Part shown: positions 25,001 through 40,000 of the stretch, piece by piece
How the letters are laid out: the number at the start of each line of letters is the position of its first letter
How positions within the stretch are numbered: the first letter of the stretch is position 1
NCBI GenBank assembly: GCA_950097015.1
Contig: CATNEN010000007.1
Location: forward strand, 2,170,001 to 2,234,000
Direction: 5' to 3'
Source of the DNA: Macrostomum hystrix
Lineage: Eukaryota; Animalia; Platyhelminthes
DNA: 64,000 nt
Position numbers and translations under genes: made by a program
Notes under the pieces: model-generated
Seen by the model: only the letters and a program-made list of their open reading frames with translations
What the model was told of the DNA's origin: nothing
Database searches by the model: none

Positions 25001-28000
25001 ACAGTTGTGCTGCAGAAGAACAGCACCGGAAGTGGCTACTACTACTACAGCGGCTACTACTACACCGACTACGTGTACCCGTCGAGTCTGCTGCGCACAG
25101 CTGCAAACGAATCGAATGCAACAGTGGCACCGTGGTGTGACACTCTTGGCGTCGCCGAGTTCCCTAGCTATGGACGAAACGCTGCTGCGCGACAGCTGTG
25201 TCGAGAGGCGCCAAGAAAGGCTGCCTACTGCTACATCGAGGCGCCGCCACTCTACACAGAAGTAACACTCAGTGCATATTCCTACAATAATTTTGCTCCG
25301 GCGGTGCCACACAAATCTGGATACCTATTGTTGACGATGGAAAACGCGTACATGTATGTCAACCTCAGACAGCCAGGAAGCGTGAGCCTAGTTTGTCGAT
25401 CGTGGAACGGACTGCTGCCGACGCCCGACACGCCAGTAACTGACAATGACTACTTTGGAGATGAGATTCTCCGCATCGGCTACAGTCTGCTCTGCGGCTA
25501 CGGCAGTGAGCCGTGTCTGGCCACCAAGAATTGCATTGCCATCGGAAATCCATGTCGCCGGAGCTTAAACTGCAGTCTAGCGGTGAGTTTTGAGGCTTGC
25601 AAAAGTAACAGTGCTGATTGGGGTGCTTCTCTGTTTTTGCTTCCTTCTGCGACTGTTACATTGAAAGAGCATCATTTTTGCTATATTACAATTTCAAGGC
25701 TATAGAATCTGCTGACTAAATTAGGTTGAAAACTGAGCACATTCTATACGTACACTATACACTATACGTACACTAGCTTCAAGCGCCTCTCCCAGTGAAT
25801 GCTAGGCGTCGATCGGCCAACCTAAAATGTGACTACTGTATGGCCAAACATTGGACTTTTACAGGAGCAGATGGACTGTGCTGCGGCCAACGCTTGCCTG
25901 AATGTGAGCAACTGCTTGAACAGGATGGCCGAGATGGAGCAGCAGTGTGCAGCAAATGACCAGGTGAGGTCTCTCTTTCTCGTGTCGATCGATATATTTG
26001 CAAGTTTCACGCCCTGTGCGCTCAGCTATAGCTAATGAGAAACTGCTTCCAATGACTAATAGGTATTTTGCGACACAATTGCAGAACTTTTGCGTAAAGC
26101 AAGGAGTGTGCTACAATCGGACGTTATACCTGCCCTACGCGACCTGCGACTATGGTAGCGACTATTGCAACACCTCGATAAGCGCCAACAGCAGTGGAGC
26201 TGGTGAAAAAGTTCGCTGCTATGCCGGATTCAACCTGTGCCTCACTCGGGAACAGTGCGTCGAAGCAGCCGCAAAGAGGTCGTGCCCCAGCAACGGGACC
26301 ATCATCACATCTGTCTCGTCGAGCAACTCCTGCTTTGTGCCGCCAGATGTGGAGCTTCGCTTTACCCTACTGGAACAGGCTGGCCCAGGTGTGATGAGGC
26401 TTGGCTCGCACCTGCTCGACAGCAGTCGCATCAACCAGGAAATTCAGCTAAACAGATCTATTGACAACAACAGCTGCGTGAGTGCGGATGCGCAGGCGCT
26501 TGCTGGCTACACTGGATCAAATGCTAGCCTGTCATGGGTGAAGCTGAGGATGCGTCTCATTGACAGGCAGGGCAGAGTGATTGCACAATGCCAGCCAACC
26601 TATGGATTCCTGCTGCCACCAAAGTCGCGTCCAGCAGCATCCGCATTCCCGACAGTTGTGCTGCAGAAGAACAGCACCGGAAGTGGCTACTACTACTACA
26701 GCGGCTACTACTACACCGACTACGTGTACCCGTCGAGTCTGCTGCGCACAGCTGCAAACGAATCGAATGCAACAGTGGCACCGTGGTGTGACACTCTTGG
26801 CGTCGCCGAGTTCCCTAGCTATGGACGAAACGCTGCTGCGCGACAGCTGTGTCGAGAGGCGCCAAGAAAGGCTGCCTACTGCTACATCGAGGCGCCGCCA
26901 CTCTACACAGAAGTAACACTCAGTGCATATTCCTACAATAATTTTGCTCCGGCGGTGCCACACAAATCTGGATACCTATTGTTGACGATGGAAAACGCGT
27001 ACATGTATGTCAACCTCAGACAGCCAGGAAGCGTGAGCCTAGTTTGTCGATCGTGGAACGGACTGCTGCCGACGCCCGACACGCCAGTAACTGACAATGA
27101 CTACTTTGGAGATGAGATTCTCCGCATCGGCTACAGTCTGCTCTGCGGCTACGGCAGTGAGCCGTGTCTGGCCACCAAGAATTGCATTGCCATCGGAAAT
27201 CCATGTCGCCGGAGCTTAAACTGCAGTCTAGCGGTGAGTTTTGAGGCTTGCAAAAGTAACAGTGCTGATTGGGGTGCTTCTCTGTTTTTGCTTCCTTCTG
27301 CGACTGTTACATTGAAAGAGCATCATTTTTGCTATATTACAATTTCAAGGCTATAGAATCTGCTGACTAAATTAGGTTGAAAACTGAGCACATTCTATAC
27401 GTACACTATACACTATACGTACACTAGCTTCAAGCGCCTCTCCCAGTGAATGCTAGGCGTCGATCGGCCAACCTAAAATGTGACTACTGTATGGCCAAAC
27501 ATTGGACTTTTACAGGAGCAGATGGACTGTGCTGCGGCCAACGCTTGCCTGAATGTGAGCAACTGCTTGAACAGGATGGCCGAGATGGAGCAGCAGTGTG
27601 CAGCAAATGACCAGGTGAGGTCTCTCTTTCTCGTGTCGATCGATATATTTGCAAGTTTCACGCCCTGTGCGCTCAGCTATAGCTAATGAGAAACTGCTTC
27701 CAATGACTAATAGGTATTTTGCGACACAATTGCAGAACTTTTGCGTAAAGCAAGGAGTGTGCTACAATCGGACGTTATACCTGCCCTACGCGACCTGCGA
27801 CTATGGTAGCGACTATTGCAACACCTCGATAAGCGCCAACAGCAGTGGAGCTGGTGAAAAAGTTCGCTGCTATGCCGGATTCAACCTGTGCCTCACTCGG
27901 GAACAGTGCGTCGAAGCAGCCGCAAAGAGGTCGTGCCCCAGCAACGGGACCATCATCACATCTGTCTCGTCGAGCAACTCCTGCTTTGTGCCGCCAGATG

Positions 28001-31000
28001 TGGAGCTTCGCTTTACCCTACTGGAACAGGCTGGCCCAGGTGTGATGAGGCTTGGCTCGCACCTGCTCGACAGCAGTCGCATCAACCAGGAAATTCAGCT
28101 AAACAGATCTATTGACAACAACAGCTGCGTGAGTGCGGATGCGCAGGCGCTTGCTGGCTACACTGGATCAAATGCTAGCCTGTCATGGGTGAAGCTGAGG
28201 ATGCGTCTCATTGACAGGCAGGGCAGAGTGATTGCACAATGCCAGCCAACCTATGGATTCCTGCTGCCACCAAAGTCGCGTCCAGCAGCATCCGCATTCC
28301 CGACAGTTGTGCTGCAGAAGAACAGCACCGGAAGTGGCTACTACTACTACAGCGGCTACTACTACACCGACTACGTGTACCCGTCGAGTCTGCTGCGCAC
28401 AGCTGCAAACGAATCGAATGCAACAGTGGCACCGTGGTGTGACACTCTTGGCGTCGCCGAGTTCCCTAGCTATGGACGAAACGCTGCTGCGCGACAGCTG
28501 TGTCGAGAGGCGCCAAGAAAGGCTGCCTACTGCTACATCGAGGCGCCGCCACTCTACACAGAAGTAACACTCAGTGCATATTCCTACAATAATTTTGCTC
28601 CGGCGGTGCCACACAAATCTGGATACCTATTGTTGACGATGGAAAACGCGTACATGTATGTCAACCTCAGACAGCCAGGAAGCGTGAGCCTAGTTTGTCG
28701 ATCGTGGAACGGACTGCTGCCGACGCCCGACACGCCAGTAACTGACAATGACTACTTTGGAGATGAGATTCTCCGCATCGGCTACAGTCTGCTCTGCGGC
28801 TACGGCAGTGAGCCGTGTCTGGCCACCAAGAATTGCATTGCCATCGGAAATCCATGTCGCCGGAGCTTAAACTGCAGTCTAGCGGTGAGTTTTGAGGCTT
28901 GCAAAAGTAACAGTGCTGATTGGGGTGCTTCTCTGTTTTTGCTTCCTTCTGCGACTGTTACATTGAAAGAGCATCATTTTTGCTATATTACAATTTCAAG
29001 GCTATAGAATCTGCTGACTAAATTAGGTTGAAAACTGAGCACATTCTATACGTACACTATACACTATACGTACACTAGCTTCAAGCGCCTCTCCCAGTGA
29101 ATGCTAGGCGTCGATCGGCCAACCTAAAATGTGACTACTGTATGGCCAAACATTGGACTTTTACAGGAGCAGATGGACTGTGCTGCGGCCAACGCTTGCC
29201 TGAATGTGAGCAACTGCTTGAACAGGATGGCCGAGATGGAGCAGCAGTGTGCAGCAAATGACCAGGTGAGGTCTCTCTTTCTCGTGTCGATCGATATATT
29301 TGCAAGTTTCACGCCCTGTGCGCTCAGCTATAGCTAATGAGAAACTGCTTCCAATGACTAATAGGTATTTTGCGACACAATTGCAGAACTTTTGCGTAAA
29401 GCAAGGAGTGTGCTACAATCGGACGTTATACCTGCCCTACGCGACCTGCGACTATGGTAGCGACTATTGCAACACCTCGATAAGCGCCAACAGCAGTGGA
29501 GCTGGTGAAAAAGTTCGCTGCTATGCCGGATTCAACCTGTGCCTCACTCGGGAACAGTGCGTCGAAGCAGCCGCAAAGAGGTCGTGCCCCAGCAACGGGA
29601 CCATCATCACATCTGTCTCGTCGAGCAACTCCTGCTTTGTGCCGCCAGATGTGGAGCTTCGCTTTACCCTACTGGAACAGGCTGGCCCAGGTGTGATGAG
29701 GCTTGGCTCGCACCTGCTCGACAGCAGTCGCATCAACCAGGAAATTCAGCTAAACAGATCTATTGACAACAACAGCTGCGTGAGTGCGGATGCGCAGGCG
29801 CTTGCTGGCTACACTGGATCAAATGCTAGCCTGTCATGGGTGAAGCTGAGGATGCGTCTCATTGACAGGCAGGGCAGAGTGATTGCACAATGCCAGCCAA
29901 CCTATGGATTCCTGCTGCCACCAAAGTCGCGTCCAGCAGCATCCGCATTCCCGACAGTTGTGCTGCAGAAGAACAGCACCGGAAGTGGCTACTACTACTA
30001 CAGCGGCTACTACTACACCGACTACGTGTACCCGTCGAGTCTGCTGCGCACAGCTGCAAACGAATCGAATGCAACAGTGGCACCGTGGTGTGACACTCTT
30101 GGCGTCGCCGAGTTCCCTAGCTATGGACGAAACGCTGCTGCGCGACAGCTGTGTCGAGAGGCGCCAAGAAAGGCTGCCTACTGCTACATCGAGGCGCCGC
30201 CACTCTACACAGAAGTAACACTCAGTGCATATTCCTACAATAATTTTGCTCCGGCGGTGCCACACAAATCTGGATACCTATTGTTGACGATGGAAAACGC
30301 GTACATGTATGTCAACCTCAGACAGCCAGGAAGCGTGAGCCTAGTTTGTCGATCGTGGAACGGACTGCTGCCGACGCCCGACACGCCAGTAACTGACAAT
30401 GACTACTTTGGAGATGAGATTCTCCGCATCGGCTACAGTCTGCTCTGCGGCTACGGCAGTGAGCCGTGTCTGGCCACCAAGAATTGCATTGCCATCGGAA
30501 ATCCATGTCGCCGGAGCTTAAACTGCAGTCTAGCGGTGAGTTTTGAGGCTTGCAAAAGTAACAGTGCTGATTGGGGTGCTTCTCTGTTTTTGCTTCCTTC
30601 TGCGACTGTTACATTGAAAGAGCATCATTTTTGCTATATTACAATTTCAAGGCTATAGAATCTGCTGACTAAATTAGGTTGAAAACTGAGCACATTCTAT
30701 ACGTACACTATACACTATACGTACACTAGCTTCAAGCGCCTCTCCCAGTGAATGCTAGGCGTCGATCGGCCAACCTAAAATGTGACTACTGTATGGCCAA
30801 ACATTGGACTTTTACAGGAGCAGATGGACTGTGCTGCGGCCAACGCTTGCCTGAATGTGAGCAACTGCTTGAACAGGATGGCCGAGATGGAGCAGCAGTG
30901 TGCAGCAAATGACCAGGTGAGGTCTCTCTTTCTCGTGTCGATCGATATATTTGCAAGTTTCACGCCCTGTGCGCTCAGCTATAGCTAATGAGAAACTGCT

Positions 31001-34000
31001 TCCAATGACTAATAGGTATTTTGCGACACAATTGCAGAACTTTTGCGTAAAGCAAGGAGTGTGCTACAATCGGACGTTATACCTGCCCTACGCGACCTGC
31101 GACTATGGTAGCGACTATTGCAACACCTCGATAAGCGCCAACAGCAGTGGAGCTGGTGAAAAAGTTCGCTGCTATGCCGGATTCAACCTGTGCCTCACTC
31201 GGGAACAGTGCGTCGAAGCAGCCGCAAAGAGGTCGTGCCCCAGCAACGGGACCATCATCACATCTGTCTCGTCGAGCAACTCCTGCTTTGTGCCGCCAGA
31301 TGTGGAGCTTCGCTTTACCCTACTGGAACAGGCTGGCCCAGGTGTGATGAGGCTTGGCTCGCACCTGCTCGACAGCAGTCGCATCAACCAGGAAATTCAG
31401 CTAAACAGATCTATTGACAACAACAGCTGCGTGAGTGCGGATGCGCAGGCGCTTGCTGGCTACACTGGATCAAATGCTAGCCTGTCATGGGTGAAGCTGA
31501 GGATGCGTCTCATTGACAGGCAGGGCAGAGTGATTGCACAATGCCAGCCAACCTATGGATTCCTGCTGCCACCAAAGTCGCGTCCAGCAGCATCCGCATT
31601 CCCGACAGTTGTGCTGCAGAAGAACAGCACCGGAAGTGGCTACTACTACTACAGCGGCTACTACTACACCGACTACGTGTACCCGTCGAGTCTGCTGCGC
31701 ACAGCTGCAAACGAATCGAATGCAACAGTGGCACCGTGGTGTGACACTCTTGGCGTCGCCGAGTTCCCTAGCTATGGACGAAACGCTGCTGCGCGACAGC
31801 TGTGTCGAGAGGCGCCAAGAAAGGCTGCCTACTGCTACATCGAGGCGCCGCCACTCTACACAGAAGTAACACTCAGTGCATATTCCTACAATAATTTTGC
31901 TCCGGCGGTGCCACACAAATCTGGATACCTATTGTTGACGATGGAAAACGCGTACATGTATGTCAACCTCAGACAGCCAGGAAGCGTGAGCCTAGTTTGT
32001 CGATCGTGGAACGGACTGCTGCCGACGCCCGACACGCCAGTAACTGACAATGACTACTTTGGAGATGAGATTCTCCGCATCGGCTACAGTCTGCTCTGCG
32101 GCTACGGCAGTGAGCCGTGTCTGGCCACCAAGAATTGCATTGCCATCGGAAATCCATGTCGCCGGAGCTTAAACTGCAGTCTAGCGGTGAGTTTTGAGGC
32201 TTGCAAAAGTAACAGTGCTGATTGGGGTGCTTCTCTGTTTTTGCTTCCTTCTGCGACTGTTACATTGAAAGAGCATCATTTTTGCTATATTACAATTTCA
32301 AGGCTATAGAATCTGCTGACTAAATTAGGTTGAAAACTGAGCACATTCTATACGTACACTATACACTATACGTACACTAGCTTCAAGCGCCTCTCCCAGT
32401 GAATGCTAGGCGTCGATCGGCCAACCTAAAATGTGACTACTGTATGGCCAAACATTGGACTTTTACAGGAGCAGATGGACTGTGCTGCGGCCAACGCTTG
32501 CCTGAATGTGAGCAACTGCTTGAACAGGATGGCCGAGATGGAGCAGCAGTGTGCAGCAAATGACCAGGTGAGGTCTCTCTTTCTCGTGTCGATCGATATA
32601 TTTGCAAGTTTCACGCCCTGTGCGCTCAGCTATAGCTAATGAGAAACTGCTTCCAATGACTAATAGGTATTTTGCGACACAATTGCAGAACTTTTGCGTA
32701 AAGCAAGGAGTGTGCTACAATCGGACGTTATACCTGCCCTACGCGACCTGCGACTATGGTAGCGACTATTGCAACACCTCGATAAGCGCCAACAGCAGTG
32801 GAGCTGGTGAAAAAGTTCGCTGCTATGCCGGATTCAACCTGTGCCTCACTCGGGAACAGTGCGTCGAAGCAGCCGCAAAGAGGTCGTGCCCCAGCAACGG
32901 GACCATCATCACATCTGTCTCGTCGAGCAACTCCTGCTTTGTGCCGCCAGATGTGGAGCTTCGCTTTACCCTACTGGAACAGGCTGGCCCAGGTGTGATG
33001 AGGCTTGGCTCGCACCTGCTCGACAGCAGTCGCATCAACCAGGAAATTCAGCTAAACAGATCTATTGACAACAACAGCTGCGTGAGTGCGGATGCGCAGG
33101 CGCTTGCTGGCTACACTGGATCAAATGCTAGCCTGTCATGGGTGAAGCTGAGGATGCGTCTCATTGACAGGCAGGGCAGAGTGATTGCACAATGCCAGCC
33201 AACCTATGGATTCCTGCTGCCACCAAAGTCGCGTCCAGCAGCATCCGCATTCCCGACAGTTGTGCTGCAGAAGAACAGCACCGGAAGTGGCTACTACTAC
33301 TACAGCGGCTACTACTACACCGACTACGTGTACCCGTCGAGTCTGCTGCGCACAGCTGCAAACGAATCGAATGCAACAGTGGCACCGTGGTGTGACACTC
33401 TTGGCGTCGCCGAGTTCCCTAGCTATGGACGAAACGCTGCTGCGCGACAGCTGTGTCGAGAGGCGCCAAGAAAGGCTGCCTACTGCTACATCGAGGCGCC
33501 GCCACTCTACACAGAAGTAACACTCAGTGCATATTCCTACAATAATTTTGCTCCGGCGGTGCCACACAAATCTGGATACCTATTGTTGACGATGGAAAAC
33601 GCGTACATGTATGTCAACCTCAGACAGCCAGGAAGCGTGAGCCTAGTTTGTCGATCGTGGAACGGACTGCTGCCGACGCCCGACACGCCAGTAACTGACA
33701 ATGACTACTTTGGAGATGAGATTCTCCGCATCGGCTACAGTCTGCTCTGCGGCTACGGCAGTGAGCCGTGTCTGGCCACCAAGAATTGCATTGCCATCGG
33801 AAATCCATGTCGCCGGAGCTTAAACTGCAGTCTAGCGGTGAGTTTTGAGGCTTGCAAAAGTAACAGTGCTGATTGGGGTGCTTCTCTGTTTTTGCTTCCT
33901 TCTGCGACTGTTACATTGAAAGAGCATCATTTTTGCTATATTACAATTTCAAGGCTATAGAATCTGCTGACTAAATTAGGTTGAAAACTGAGCACATTCT

Positions 34001-37000
34001 ATACGTACACTATACACTATACGTACACTAGCTTCAAGCGCCTCTCCCAGTGAATGCTAGGCGTCGATCGGCCAACCTAAAATGTGACTACTGTATGGCC
34101 AAACATTGGACTTTTACAGGAGCAGATGGACTGTGCTGCGGCCAACGCTTGCCTGAATGTGAGCAACTGCTTGAACAGGATGGCCGAGATGGAGCAGCAG
34201 TGTGCAGCAAATGACCAGGTGAGGTCTCTCTTTCTCGTGTCGATCGATATATTTGCAAGTTTCACGCCCTGTGCGCTCAGCTATAGCTAATGAGAAACTG
34301 CTTCCAATGACTAATAGGTATTTTGCGACACAATTGCAGAACTTTTGCGTAAAGCAAGGAGTGTGCTACAATCGGACGTTATACCTGCCCTACGCGACCT
34401 GCGACTATGGTAGCGACTATTGCAACACCTCGATAAGCGCCAACAGCAGTGGAGCTGGTGAAAAAGTTCGCTGCTATGCCGGATTCAACCTGTGCCTCAC
34501 TCGGGAACAGTGCGTCGAAGCAGCCGCAAAGAGGTCGTGCCCCAGCAACGGGACCATCATCACATCTGTCTCGTCGAGCAACTCCTGCTTTGTGCCGCCA
34601 GATGTGGAGCTTCGCTTTACCCTACTGGAACAGGCTGGCCCAGGTGTGATGAGGCTTGGCTCGCACCTGCTCGACAGCAGTCGCATCAACCAGGAAATTC
34701 AGCTAAACAGATCTATTGACAACAACAGCTGCGTGAGTGCGGATGCGCAGGCGCTTGCTGGCTACACTGGATCAAATGCTAGCCTGTCATGGGTGAAGCT
34801 GAGGATGCGTCTCATTGACAGGCAGGGCAGAGTGATTGCACAATGCCAGCCAACCTATGGATTCCTGCTGCCACCAAAGTCGCGTCCAGCAGCATCCGCA
34901 TTCCCGACAGTTGTGCTGCAGAAGAACAGCACCGGAAGTGGCTACTACTACTACAGCGGCTACTACTACACCGACTACGTGTACCCGTCGAGTCTGCTGC
35001 GCACAGCTGCAAACGAATCGAATGCAACAGTGGCACCGTGGTGTGACACTCTTGGCGTCGCCGAGTTCCCTAGCTATGGACGAAACGCTGCTGCGCGACA
35101 GCTGTGTCGAGAGGCGCCAAGAAAGGCTGCCTACTGCTACATCGAGGCGCCGCCACTCTACACAGAAGTAACACTCAGTGCATATTCCTACAATAATTTT
35201 GCTCCGGCGGTGCCACACAAATCTGGATACCTATTGTTGACGATGGAAAACGCGTACATGTATGTCAACCTCAGACAGCCAGGAAGCGTGAGCCTAGTTT
35301 GTCGATCGTGGAACGGACTGCTGCCGACGCCCGACACGCCAGTAACTGACAATGACTACTTTGGAGATGAGATTCTCCGCATCGGCTACAGTCTGCTCTG
35401 CGGCTACGGCAGTGAGCCGTGTCTGGCCACCAAGAATTGCATTGCCATCGGAAATCCATGTCGCCGGAGCTTAAACTGCAGTCTAGCGGTGAGTTTTGAG
35501 GCTTGCAAAAGTAACAGTGCTGATTGGGGTGCTTCTCTGTTTTTGCTTCCTTCTGCGACTGTTACATTGAAAGAGCATCATTTTTGCTATATTACAATTT
35601 CAAGGCTATAGAATCTGCTGACTAAATTAGGTTGAAAACTGAGCACATTCTATACGTACACTATACACTATACGTACACTAGCTTCAAGCGCCTCTCCCA
35701 GTGAATGCTAGGCGTCGATCGGCCAACCTAAAATGTGACTACTGTATGGCCAAACATTGGACTTTTACAGGAGCAGATGGACTGTGCTGCGGCCAACGCT
35801 TGCCTGAATGTGAGCAACTGCTTGAACAGGATGGCCGAGATGGAGCAGCAGTGTGCAGCAAATGACCAGGTGAGGTCTCTCTTTCTCGTGTCGATCGATA
35901 TATTTGCAAGTTTCACGCCCTGTGCGCTCAGCTATAGCTAATGAGAAACTGCTTCCAATGACTAATAGGTATTTTGCGACACAATTGCAGAACTTTTGCG
36001 TAAAGCAAGGAGTGTGCTACAATCGGACGTTATACCTGCCCTACGCGACCTGCGACTATGGTAGCGACTATTGCAACACCTCGATAAGCGCCAACAGCAG
36101 TGGAGCTGGTGAAAAAGTTCGCTGCTATGCCGGATTCAACCTGTGCCTCACTCGGGAACAGTGCGTCGAAGCAGCCGCAAAGAGGTCGTGCCCCAGCAAC
36201 GGGACCATCATCACATCTGTCTCGTCGAGCAACTCCTGCTTTGTGCCGCCAGATGTGGAGCTTCGCTTTACCCTACTGGAACAGGCTGGCCCAGGTGTGA
36301 TGAGGCTTGGCTCGCACCTGCTCGACAGCAGTCGCATCAACCAGGAAATTCAGCTAAACAGATCTATTGACAACAACAGCTGCGTGAGTGCGGATGCGCA
36401 GGCGCTTGCTGGCTACACTGGATCAAATGCTAGCCTGTCATGGGTGAAGCTGAGGATGCGTCTCATTGACAGGCAGGGCAGAGTGATTGCACAATGCCAG
36501 CCAACCTATGGATTCCTGCTGCCACCAAAGTCGCGTCCAGCAGCATCCGCATTCCCGACAGTTGTGCTGCAGAAGAACAGCACCGGAAGTGGCTACTACT
36601 ACTACAGCGGCTACTACTACACCGACTACGTGTACCCGTCGAGTCTGCTGCGCACAGCTGCAAACGAATCGAATGCAACAGTGGCACCGTGGTGTGACAC
36701 TCTTGGCGTCGCCGAGTTCCCTAGCTATGGACGAAACGCTGCTGCGCGACAGCTGTGTCGAGAGGCGCCAAGAAAGGCTGCCTACTGCTACATCGAGGCG
36801 CCGCCACTCTACACAGAAGTAACACTCAGTGCATATTCCTACAATAATTTTGCTCCGGCGGTGCCACACAAATCTGGATACCTATTGTTGACGATGGAAA
36901 ACGCGTACATGTATGTCAACCTCAGACAGCCAGGAAGCGTGAGCCTAGTTTGTCGATCGTGGAACGGACTGCTGCCGACGCCCGACACGCCAGTAACTGA

Positions 37001-40000
37001 CAATGACTACTTTGGAGATGAGATTCTCCGCATCGGCTACAGTCTGCTCTGCGGCTACGGCAGTGAGCCGTGTCTGGCCACCAAGAATTGCATTGCCATC
37101 GGAAATCCATGTCGCCGGAGCTTAAACTGCAGTCTAGCGGTGAGTTTTGAGGCTTGCAAAAGTAACAGTGCTGATTGGGGTGCTTCTCTGTTTTTGCTTC
37201 CTTCTGCGACTGTTACATTGAAAGAGCATCATTTTTGCTATATTACAATTTCAAGGCTATAGAATCTGCTGACTAAATTAGGTTGAAAACTGAGCACATT
37301 CTATACGTACACTATACACTATACGTACACTAGCTTCAAGCGCCTCTCCCAGTGAATGCTAGGCGTCGATCGGCCAACCTAAAATGTGACTACTGTATGG
37401 CCAAACATTGGACTTTTACAGGAGCAGATGGACTGTGCTGCGGCCAACGCTTGCCTGAATGTGAGCAACTGCTTGAACAGGATGGCCGAGATGGAGCAGC
37501 AGTGTGCAGCAAATGACCAGGTGAGGTCTCTCTTTCTCGTGTCGATCGATATATTTGCAAGTTTCACGCCCTGTGCGCTCAGCTATAGCTAATGAGAAAC
37601 TGCTTCCAATGACTAATAGGTATTTTGCGACACAATTGCAGAACTTTTGCGTAAAGCAAGGAGTGTGCTACAATCGGACGTTATACCTGCCCTACGCGAC
37701 CTGCGACTATGGTAGCGACTATTGCAACACCTCGATAAGCGCCAACAGCAGTGGAGCTGGTGAAAAAGTTCGCTGCTATGCCGGATTCAACCTGTGCCTC
37801 ACTCGGGAACAGTGCGTCGAAGCAGCCGCAAAGAGGTCGTGCCCCAGCAACGGGACCATCATCACATCTGTCTCGTCGAGCAACTCCTGCTTTGTGCCGC
37901 CAGATGTGGAGCTTCGCTTTACCCTACTGGAACAGGCTGGCCCAGGTGTGATGAGGCTTGGCTCGCACCTGCTCGACAGCAGTCGCATCAACCAGGAAAT
38001 TCAGCTAAACAGATCTATTGACAACAACAGCTGCGTGAGTGCGGATGCGCAGGCGCTTGCTGGCTACACTGGATCAAATGCTAGCCTGTCATGGGTGAAG
38101 CTGAGGATGCGTCTCATTGACAGGCAGGGCAGAGTGATTGCACAATGCCAGCCAACCTATGGATTCCTGCTGCCACCAAAGTCGCGTCCAGCAGCATCCG
38201 CATTCCCGACAGTTGTGCTGCAGAAGAACAGCACCGGAAGTGGCTACTACTACTACAGCGGCTACTACTACACCGACTACGTGTACCCGTCGAGTCTGCT
38301 GCGCACAGCTGCAAACGAATCGAATGCAACAGTGGCACCGTGGTGTGACACTCTTGGCGTCGCCGAGTTCCCTAGCTATGGACGAAACGCTGCTGCGCGA
38401 CAGCTGTGTCGAGAGGCGCCAAGAAAGGCTGCCTACTGCTACATCGAGGCGCCGCCACTCTACACAGAAGTAACACTCAGTGCATATTCCTACAATAATT
38501 TTGCTCCGGCGGTGCCACACAAATCTGGATACCTATTGTTGACGATGGAAAACGCGTACATGTATGTCAACCTCAGACAGCCAGGAAGCGTGAGCCTAGT
38601 TTGTCGATCGTGGAACGGACTGCTGCCGACGCCCGACACGCCAGTAACTGACAATGACTACTTTGGAGATGAGATTCTCCGCATCGGCTACAGTCTGCTC
38701 TGCGGCTACGGCAGTGAGCCGTGTCTGGCCACCAAGAATTGCATTGCCATCGGAAATCCATGTCGCCGGAGCTTAAACTGCAGTCTAGCGGTGAGTTTTG
38801 AGGCTTGCAAAAGTAACAGTGCTGATTGGGGTGCTTCTCTGTTTTTGCTTCCTTCTGCGACTGTTACATTGAAAGAGCATCATTTTTGCTATATTACAAT
38901 TTCAAGGCTATAGAATCTGCTGACTAAATTAGGTTGAAAACTGAGCACATTCTATACGTACACTATACACTATACGTACACTAGCTTCAAGCGCCTCTCC
39001 CAGTGAATGCTAGGCGTCGATCGGCCAACCTAAAATGTGACTACTGTATGGCCAAACATTGGACTTTTACAGGAGCAGATGGACTGTGCTGCGGCCAACG
39101 CTTGCCTGAATGTGAGCAACTGCTTGAACAGGATGGCCGAGATGGAGCAGCAGTGTGCAGCAAATGACCAGGTGAGGTCTCTCTTTCTCGTGTCGATCGA
39201 TATATTTGCAAGTTTCACGCCCTGTGCGCTCAGCTATAGCTAATGAGAAACTGCTTCCAATGACTAATAGGTATTTTGCGACACAATTGCAGAACTTTTG
39301 CGTAAAGCAAGGAGTGTGCTACAATCGGACGTTATACCTGCCCTACGCGACCTGCGACTATGGTAGCGACTATTGCAACACCTCGATAAGCGCCAACAGC
39401 AGTGGAGCTGGTGAAAAAGTTCGCTGCTATGCCGGATTCAACCTGTGCCTCACTCGGGAACAGTGCGTCGAAGCAGCCGCAAAGAGGTCGTGCCCCAGCA
39501 ACGGGACCATCATCACATCTGTCTCGTCGAGCAACTCCTGCTTTGTGCCGCCAGATGTGGAGCTTCGCTTTACCCTACTGGAACAGGCTGGCCCAGGTGT
39601 GATGAGGCTTGGCTCGCACCTGCTCGACAGCAGTCGCATCAACCAGGAAATTCAGCTAAACAGATCTATTGACAACAACAGCTGCGTGAGTGCGGATGCG
39701 CAGGCGCTTGCTGGCTACACTGGATCTAATGCTAGCCTGTCATGGGTGAAGCTGAGGATGCGTCTCATTGACAGGCAGGGCAGAGTGATTGCACAATGCC
39801 AGCCAACCTATGGATTCCTGCTGCCACCAAAGTCGCGTCCAGCAGCATCCGCATTCCCGACAGTTGTGCTGCAGAAGAACAGCACCGGAAGTGGCTACTA
39901 CTACTACAGCGGCTACTACTACACCGACTACGTGTACCCGTCGAGTCTGCTGCGCACAGCTGCAAACGAATCGAATGCAACAGTGGCACCGTGGTGTGAC